DNA of 64,000 bases. Origin: Octopus sinensis. Taxonomy: Eukaryota. This document shows positions 55,530 to 64,000 of the stretch, piece by piece. Each line of letters starts with the position of its first letter. Position 1 is the stretch's first letter. The translations under genes and the position numbers were made by a program. A model generated the notes under the pieces. That model saw only the letters and a program-made list of their open reading frames with translations, did no database searches and was not told the DNA's origin. The stretch covers positions 106,454,001-106,518,000 of the forward strand of contig NC_043005.1 of assembly GCF_006345805.1 (NCBI RefSeq), in the 5' to 3' direction.

Positions 55530-55925
55530 GTACACATTTATATATATACATATACACACACATATATATATATGTATATTCATACGTACATATACACATA
55601 GACACACATAAACGTACATATGAATACCAAAGTGAGGCCATTTAGCTTAAAGCAAGTTCAAAATTAACAACAATACATTTACTGACGATGGTGACTGCAT
55701 CTCCATTCTTAGAAAAGAGTCAAACTGGGACTTTATAAACTTTAATACATACATATATATATTTATGTATATTTGTAGAAACCTATGTATATGTATGTAG
55801 TTACATACGTACACATACACACACGCACACACACACACACATATACACACACACAAATGTACCTGTACGTAAGCACGAGTTTGCATGCATGCGTGTACGC
55901 ATGTTTATATGTATGCATGTTTATA

Positions 55926-56157
55926 TATTTCTTTATTGCCCACAAGGGGCTAAACACAGAGAGGACAAACAAGGACAAACAAACGGATTAAGTCGATTAC
56001 ATCGACCCCAGTGCGAAACTGGTACTTTTATTTATCGACCCCGAAAGGATGAAAGGCAAAGTCGACCTCGGCGGAATTTGAACTCAGAACGTAACGACAG
56101 ACGAAATACCGCTAAGCATTCCGCCCGGCGCGCTAACGTGTCTGCCAGCTCGCCGCC
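55926..56157 (-). mobile_element. SINE family C, full length
   Basis: Clean copy ending gccagctcgccgcc. Confidence 0.9.
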
Positions 56158-56537
56158 ATTTTATATGCATGTTTATATGTATGTATGTACGTATGCTTGT
56201 ATGTATGGATCTTCACATGTATATATGCATGTGTGCATGTATGCAATTAAACATGTAAACCAAACAATGTTCGGGTTTTGTGTTTCTTATCCATGATTTT
56301 CCGTATTTCCTCGTTACTCCTTTCTATCGAACTTGAATCAATGACATTCCCAGGTGCATTAGTATTGCTAAAATCAACTCGGTCTTATCTTCTGGATGAA
56401 GGAGTTGTAAGTTGGATTAGGTTATTGTAATTTTTCATAATACTAAGCAACATGAATAGTGGGAATGATATTCTGACTAGTGACACCTTGATTATCGGAT
56501 CTTAAATTTTAATTCCTTTTTCTTCATTTTATCTCTT

Positions 56538-56745
56538 AATCTGTTTCAGTCATTAGACTGCTGCTATGCTGGGACACCGCCTTGAAGAAATTTTTGTTGA
56601 ATGATTCAACTCCAACATCTATTATTTGTTTTTTTACGTCAGAAATTTATTATATCGGATCTTATTTAGCCGAACTGCTAAGTTACAGGGACGTAAGCAA
56701 ACAAACATTGGTTGTCAAGCGGTGGTGGGGACAAACACAGACTCA
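56538..56745 (-). mobile_element. SINE family B tail (head at 57586-57745)
   Basis: The tail and head of one family B copy are separated by (TA)n tracts holding two nested elements. Confidence 0.75.
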
Positions 56746-56752
56746 AGACTCC

Positions 56753-56790
<38 letters not shown>

Positions 56791-56792
56791 TC

Positions 56793-56825
<33 letters not shown>

Positions 56826-56828
<3 letters not shown>

Positions 56829-57098
56829 GTTTTTTTCCGTCCTTGTTTTTGTATACATTCGCTGCTTTCTTCCAAGGAAATTAATGCTCTTAGCTTAGTT
56901 TTTACTTGGGGCTGGCCAGATTGGAGCAATCTCAAGTATAATCAGCCGAAATTGCAAAGATAATCTGGTACTTGACTGAGGAAAGAAAACTTCGAATGAC
57001 CTGTCCTTGTTTTCTTTGTATCGTCTATCTGGATGTTTTGTTGTCCCATTTTTGTGTCATCTAACTGTCCGGATGTTTTCCGTTCTACTCTCATTTCG

Positions 57099-57100
<2 letters not shown>
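56826..57100 (+). mobile_element. Family X element inserted in (TA)n
   Basis: Reverse complement of 37158-37400, with (TA)n on both sides. Confidence 0.8.
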
Positions 57101-57133
<33 letters not shown>

Positions 57134-57183
57134 AAATATTGAATTTCTAAATCTCTCGTAGAGGCATGTACGGTAGTGGGGCG

Positions 57184-57549
57184 ATAGAATGGTTGTATAC
57201 TGTCAATCTAACAAGAGCGTGACAATAGGGGGTACACCACCGCTGTATAGCCCTAGGAAGCATCGAACGCCTCCTGATGGCTTTGACACATTTTCCCTGT
57301 GTCCTTATATACATATACGAAGGGGAGACAAACACCCCCGGCTGCCGGAATTGCATCAGGATCCTGAAACACGTGTCCTAGATGCAGTTCCGGCAGCCGG
57401 GGGTGTTTGTCTCCCCTTCGTATATGTATATAAGGACACAGGGAAAAATGTGTCAAAGCCATCAGGAGGCGTTCGATGCTTCTAGGGCTATATACAGCCG
57501 GTGGTGTACCCCCTACTGTCACGTTCTTGTTAGATTGACAGTATACAAC

Positions 57550-57557
<8 letters not shown>
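57184..57557. repeat. Long palindrome P3: ~178-bp arms, 16-bp spacer
   Basis: 57184-57360 matches the reverse complement of 57377-57557 with few differences. Spacer is atcctgaaacacgtgt. Confidence 0.95.
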
Positions 57558-57585
<28 letters not shown>

Positions 57586-57587
<2 letters not shown>

Positions 57588-57745
57588 GTCGGACTTCTTT
57601 CAGTTTCGGTCTACCAAATCCACGCACAATGTTTTGGTCGGCCCGAGGCTTTAGTAGAAGGCACTTGCCCAAGGTGACAGGCGGTGGGGCTGGGTCCCAG
57701 AACCATGTGGTTCGGAAGCAGGCTTCTTACCACGCAGCCACGTCA
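57586..57745 (-). mobile_element. SINE family B head
   Basis: Matches 3450-3610. Confidence 0.85.
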
Positions 57746-58394
57746 ACGTTCGTATATCACTAACCATTCTTATAGCGTTACCAAGTCGCTACACGTTTGT
57801 TTATTTCGTGCTTGTAATTTTTTACAGAATTTTAAATGCGATGGTTGTGTTATCAACTAATGTTTTTCTATTTATATTTGTCTATTTCATTCTACAATAG
57901 TGTTAATTTGCGAGTATTATATAGATTAGAGTATATATTTAATACAAAGCCATGCAAGCGTAGATTATTACATTTACTTTATATCAGTCAATATATGTTT
58001 GTGTATGTGTATATATATGCATGTATTCATATATGTATATTTGTAAATATACATGAGTGCGTATGTATACCATTTGTATGTAAGCAAGCTTTTTTTTTAA
58101 TGTGTACATGTTGTTTCTACATAAGTATGTATATATGCCCATGCGCTTACGTTTCTACAAACCCATAGATATAACCGAAGGTATACACATATGTCTATGC
58201 GTACATCTGTGTGTAGATGTATATGGATATAGATGCATTTATGTATGTACGAATTTTTAAGTGCACAACTATATTTATACGTGCATACACTTGACTCTGG
58301 TTCACATAAAACTAAGCTTATGGATATGAGCATGTTTGTGTATTTGTACGTATACTTACGTATATACAGTTATAATATTTATGTTCGCATGTAT

Positions 58395-58429
<35 letters not shown>

Positions 58430-59179
58430 TATATATATGTATATATATATACACACATATATATATATATATGTTTATATATATATATACATATATATAT
58501 GTTTATATATGTATATATATGTATATATATACATGCATAGATACATATGTATGTAAGTATACACACACATATATACAGACATGTCAATATGTAAATATAT
58601 ATATATACACACACGTACGTACATACACTTGTATGTGCGTGCATATCATATGCGCATGGGATTTATAAACATATTACTCTGTGTGTTTGTGCTTGTGTGC
58701 GTGTGTGCGTGTGTGTATGTGTGTGTATGTGTGTGTATGGGTGTGTGTGCGTGTGCGTGTGTTTTTAACAGTGGGGAAGTGTTGAAAGGGGTGGGGTGCA
58801 AATATGTTACTCTTTTGTACTGAAATAGTAAGACATTAAAATAAAGTTTGGCAGTATGGAATCTTTTGATGTGGGGGAGAAAAATTTAATGTAGGGGCCA
58901 TAAAGCTGTAGGGTTCCCTAATGGAGGAGAATAGTGGTGTTGATGGTGTGGGTGTTGGTCATGGTGGAGAATAGCGGCGATGGTAGTGATGATGGTACTG
59001 GTGTGAAGTTGCAGAGCTGAAAGTGAAAGAACTTTGGAGGTGTATCAGGGAGGTGTAGAGATATGCGTACGTGCGTGCGAATATACATACACAAATACAT
59101 ACGTACATTCACATATATACATACCACAAATATATATACATATACATATACATACATACGTGTACATACATATATATAT

Positions 59180-59212
<33 letters not shown>

Positions 59213-59531
59213 AATACATACATATACACATATATGTATATGTGTATATATATATATATACACATATACATATATGTGCATACATGTGTAATCTCTCTCT
59301 GACTCTCTCTCCCTCCTGACTCCTCTCTCTCACTTTATCTCTCCCTCTACCTTTCTCTCTCTCTATGCATATACCTTTATATGTATACATATAATACATA
59401 CACATGTATGTATATATATGTATATATATATATATGTATATTATATGCAGATATGTACATATACATACACAGACACACACACATATATGCATATGTTATA
59501 GTTATGTATATGCAAGCATAAGCATACAATA

Positions 59532-59574
<43 letters not shown>

Positions 59575-61113
59575 TATATATATATATATAATGTATTATA
59601 TACATTATACATACATATACATATGCACATATACATATGAATATACATGCATATACACACGCACATACACATACACTGATATACATATAAGTGATGTATT
59701 CGTATATAATCGCTTACTTATTGAAACATCTGCGTATGTGGTGCATAATTAAATATGCACACACACTTACACATACATGTGTATATGTCTGTATGTGTAT
59801 GTGTGTGTGTGTGGTGTGTGTGTGTGTGTGTGCATACATTTGAGAATTGTGTGCATGCATATGAGAATTCATGCTTACATTGTCTTAAACATACGTCTAT
59901 ATTATATATATATATATATATATACCTAATAAATATGTGCGTATGTATATTTCTGAAATTATGGAAGATAATGGTACTGGGAAGCTAGGTGAGTTTTCTA
60001 GTTGGGTTTCAAAACAGCTAATGTGTAACCAGCGGTACTGCCACACACTCTTCAGTGCCTATTTTTTGTTCATTCGTTAACTCGTATCTTCCTCTCTGCC
60101 GCTCCTGTACTATTCAGGATCCTACGTGGATGTCAATACCCTACCATGCTCATCACTTACCCTTTTGTCAAACTATCAGTGCAATGCATTGTTGCTAGAA
60201 AGCTTTAGTTGCATGTAAATAAATAGATGTGTAAAACGTGTGTATATCTTTCTAATATACATGTGTATATGTACGTCCGCTCATATAAATGGTTATTGAC
60301 GTTGTGTCTATTTTCGGCATATTTTGGCATTAGAATTTTTTCTTTTGCCCTTACTTATAAACTGTTTATAAATTTAACCTTTAAAGGTATTTTTTAATTT
60401 TATATATATATATATATATATTGAAATGGATAAATGAATTATCTTGTTAAGGATTATTCAAAATATATCCATATGTGTGTATGTCTGTGTATGTATCAGT
60501 GTGTGTGTGTGTGTTTATGATAAAAGTAAAGAGTGTTAGAAAACCATCTTCGTTTCCATCTGTACTGGATTTCTCGAGTTATATATGGAAGGAAACGAAA
60601 CTAGTTCCCTGTTACCATGTTTTGCAATAAATACATGTACTCACTACGCGTGTATTGAATACTTAGCCTTAAATTGTTGTTCGCAATTAATTTTATATTT
60701 ATTCTCTTCTTAGTGAAGGATAAAATGTTTGAAACATTAAATATTTCTTTTCACCATTCATTCAGCTTAAAACTAATATTACATTGTATTATATTACATA
60801 ACTAATATATTATCATCATGCTATTTCATGATTGTACCATAGTTATTTGTCTATGCATACATACACCCACATATATGTACGTATAAGTATTTATGGATGT
60901 GCGTGTGTGTGTGTGTGTGTAACTGTAAATATATAAATATATGTCCGTTATTATATGTTTGTATACCTGTATATATGCTTAAAAGCTTCTATACATATAC
61001 ATTTATAGTGCATGTCTATTCATGCGTTGATATGTCTGTAACATGAGTGAAATGTATCTATTTGTGTCTGTCTGCGTAGATGTATGTGTGCGAGTGTGTG
61101 TGTGTGTGGTGTA

Positions 61114-61144
<31 letters not shown>

Positions 61145-61952
61145 TGTGTGTGTGTGTGACTCTGTGTAAGAGAAAGCGTGACAGAAAGTGTATATGTATA
61201 TATCTTTCGTCTTTGAATGTTTTTTGCACCTTCTCTTTTTTTATATATACTGTACCTTTTAGGATTTATTTTTGAGGCAGTTGCGATTCTGGTCGTGTTG
61301 TAGTTGTTGTTTCTGCTGCTGCCGCTGTTTTTGTTGTTGCTGTTGTTGTCCTCATTGCTTTTCATCTCATAATCATAATATAGATCCTAACACACTTGCA
61401 GTTATTAACGTAGTCAACATTCTCCTTATAATCCTCATCATCACCACAAGGCACGCTGTACTTCCACCGACATTATTCACTTGCGCTCATCATTCTGCTT
61501 GATTAGTACTGCCATAGAGTTAAACATCAATAAAAACAAAAATATGGAAAATTTTGAAATTCGATCTTGTCGGAGTCATTTGACTACAGATTTATTTTCG
61601 ACTTCGGAACCCTTAACTTGTACTGTATTGTCAAACTCAGCTAGCAGCACCATTTCTTATTGAATGTTCATATCGGCAGAAAATCCATCTCTCTTAATTT
61701 CACAATGTTATACACAGATCTAGATATTAAACAACGACAAATAAGTTGATTGAATAACAATTCGCTTATATGAGAGTAAAGGAGAGAAATGCCAAATTAC
61801 ATAGGGCTATTTGGTATGTTGTTATTCAACCCCAGATTAGACTGAATTTATCTATGTATGTCATTATTTAGTTTTATTTCAAGATTTGTTACAAATAGAG
61901 AAAGAATCGGTTTCTAACGCTCCTTCATTGGAATTTCAACAACATCAACAGG

Positions 61953-62403
61953 GTATGTATGTATGTATGTATGTATTTATGTATGCATGCATGCATGCAT
62001 GTATGTATGTATGTATGTATGTATGTATGTATGTATGTATGTATGTATGTATGTATGTATGTATGTATGTATGCATGTATGTATGTATGCATGTATGTAT
62101 GCATGTATGTATGTATGTATGCATGTATGTATGTATGCATGTATGTATGTATGTATGTATGCATGTATGTATGTATGTATGTATGCATGCATGTATGTAT
62201 GTATGTATGTATGTATGCATGCATGCATGCATGTATGTATGTATGTATGTATGTATGTATGTATGTATGTATGTATGTATACATGCATGTATGTATGTCT
62301 GTCTGTCTGTATGTATGTATGTAGTATGTATGTATGTATGTATGTATGTATGTATGTATGCATGTATGTTTGTATGTATGAATGTATGTATGCATGCATG
62401 TAT
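61953..62403. repeat. (TATG)n/(CATG)n microsatellite
   Basis: Seen directly in the sequence. Confidence 0.95.
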
Positions 62404-64000
62404 GTGTGGGTATCCTGGTTATGGCTCTGAACTGCATCCTGTAGGGGAGCTCTAGTTTAAGCATTGCAAAGTCTTGAGGAGAGTAGAATCTTCCCTTAGA
62501 TACTAGTATTACCAACTTTACTCTGACCCGGTGTAGCAGCACATTTAAGGACCCCAGCTAGGGGTTAACTAGCTTATGGACGACGGGACACACAAATACT
62601 TGGGTAGGTTTCTATGTGTGTGTGTATGTACCTGTGTATGTATGTGTATGCACCTGTGTATGTGTGTCTCTTGTATAGGGGAGCATCCTATCTTGCATTT
62701 CATGCACGATGTATATATTTTATCATTATCGAATGTTTTCTTCCTTTTTCAGGTGAGTAAATTCTGCTTTGAGGGATGTCTGTTATTTCTATCAAATCTA
62801 GAAACCATGTATAGACTCGTCTTTGACTCGCAGCAGTACCTGCTACAGTGGTAGTAGTAGTAGTAGTGGTGTTGCATATAGAATTAGAGGTGCACATATT
62901 TTAACAAGCAAAGTTGGTGATTGATTAAGTTAACGCAATAAGATAACCGTTTATTGTGACCTTTTGGAGCTTACTCGTATCTAGTCCAGGAATTGAGAAA
63001 AAGAGGTGGCACGAAACTGTTTCCTGATACAAAGAGTAAACCACTTTTGAAACCATTTCCTCTTTTTCTGTTTGCGATATGGTCTTAGAATTTACAGAGT
63101 TTCAACAAAAAATATAAGATACATATTTCGTCGATATTCGCTTCACGGAACCTCCCTCAATCCCTGATTCTAAAATACTCTTTTTAGGATGTAGAATCTA
63201 TAGAAATTCTTGGACGGTTAATAGATATTGGCAAACAACACTACGGATACATTCCATAACAGATGTGTCCGTACAATAAAAAAATAATTTTGATTATTTC
63301 CTTTATTATCAATATAAGAAATAACCACGAACAGAAACATATTAAGGGCTAGCTGGCATTACTCCACGGTAGAAAGCAAAATAAATAACTCCGAACGCTT
63401 CTGGTTTATTAGCTTTCGTCAGCAGAAGCACAGACTTCGCAAATGCTTCCGAACACTAATGTAATTAGCTTACTACGCAAACATACTCATAAAAAAATTG
63501 TTTTTGTAAAACGAATCCAGATGTTTAACCTATGTGATCATCTCGCTGCTACACCTCCCACAATTTATTTCATTTGGCAAAAATGTCATGTAAAATTTCT
63601 ATTTTTCACCAACGTGAACTTTTCACATGTTCAATAAAATTCTCATGTATTTTTTCCCAATCATACACTTAAGTATTGTATATTTCTTTACATGCTGTTG
63701 TATTTATCTCAATTGTAATGCTTTTTGAAGTCGATATTTTATTGCTCCTGTCTCAAATAAAGAAATCACCATCATTGTAATTATTATTAAGTTGCTATTG
63801 TTGTTGTCCCTGCTAATGTTGTTATTTTATTCCCCTCTTTTACGTTTTATTCTCAATTTCATTTCAATTTTAATACTTTTTTCTTAATGCTATATTTTTT
63901 CCTTACTTTACAGTTTGGAACAACTTTTTTTCCTTTCACAATTTTACTCTTTAATTTTATTTTATTCTTTTCCGTTCTGCTATTGTTGCTCTTGTTCTCC

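Noticed and set aside
60549-60610. Hairpin followed by GAAACTAGTT (HHR-like 3' half)
   Set aside because: No CUGANGA-like core precedes the stem.

Overview
This is AT-rich, repeat-saturated eukaryotic (animal) DNA with no supportable protein-coding gene. Nearly all ORFs in the supplied track are translations of microsatellites or SINEs. The repeat complement resembles octopus (coleoid cephalopod) intronic/intergenic DNA, which is an inference. It contains three tRNA-derived SINE families in many copies, decayed Tc1/mariner elements (mariner, maT-like, DUF4817-type), several MITEs, CR1- and R4/Dong-like LINE remnants, and long (TA)n, (TATG)n, (TATC)n, (ATT)n and (CTT)n tracts. The most interesting signal is a set of at least five mutually unrelated short non-coding elements carrying minimal type I hammerhead ribozyme (HHR) motifs, including non-canonical cores (CUGUAGA, UUGAAAA). 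These elements often sit in or beside (TA)n tracts and repeatedly occur as long fold-back palindromes: 36671-37064, 41226-41815, 41921-42210, 53984-54235 and 57184-57557. One of them joins a tRNA-like Pol III promoter to an HHR tail. This pattern suggests a diverse system of non-autonomous, ribozyme-bearing retroelements, either Penelope-like pLTR derivatives or retrozyme-like SINEs. No activity or family identity was tested; all alignments and foldings were done by eye.
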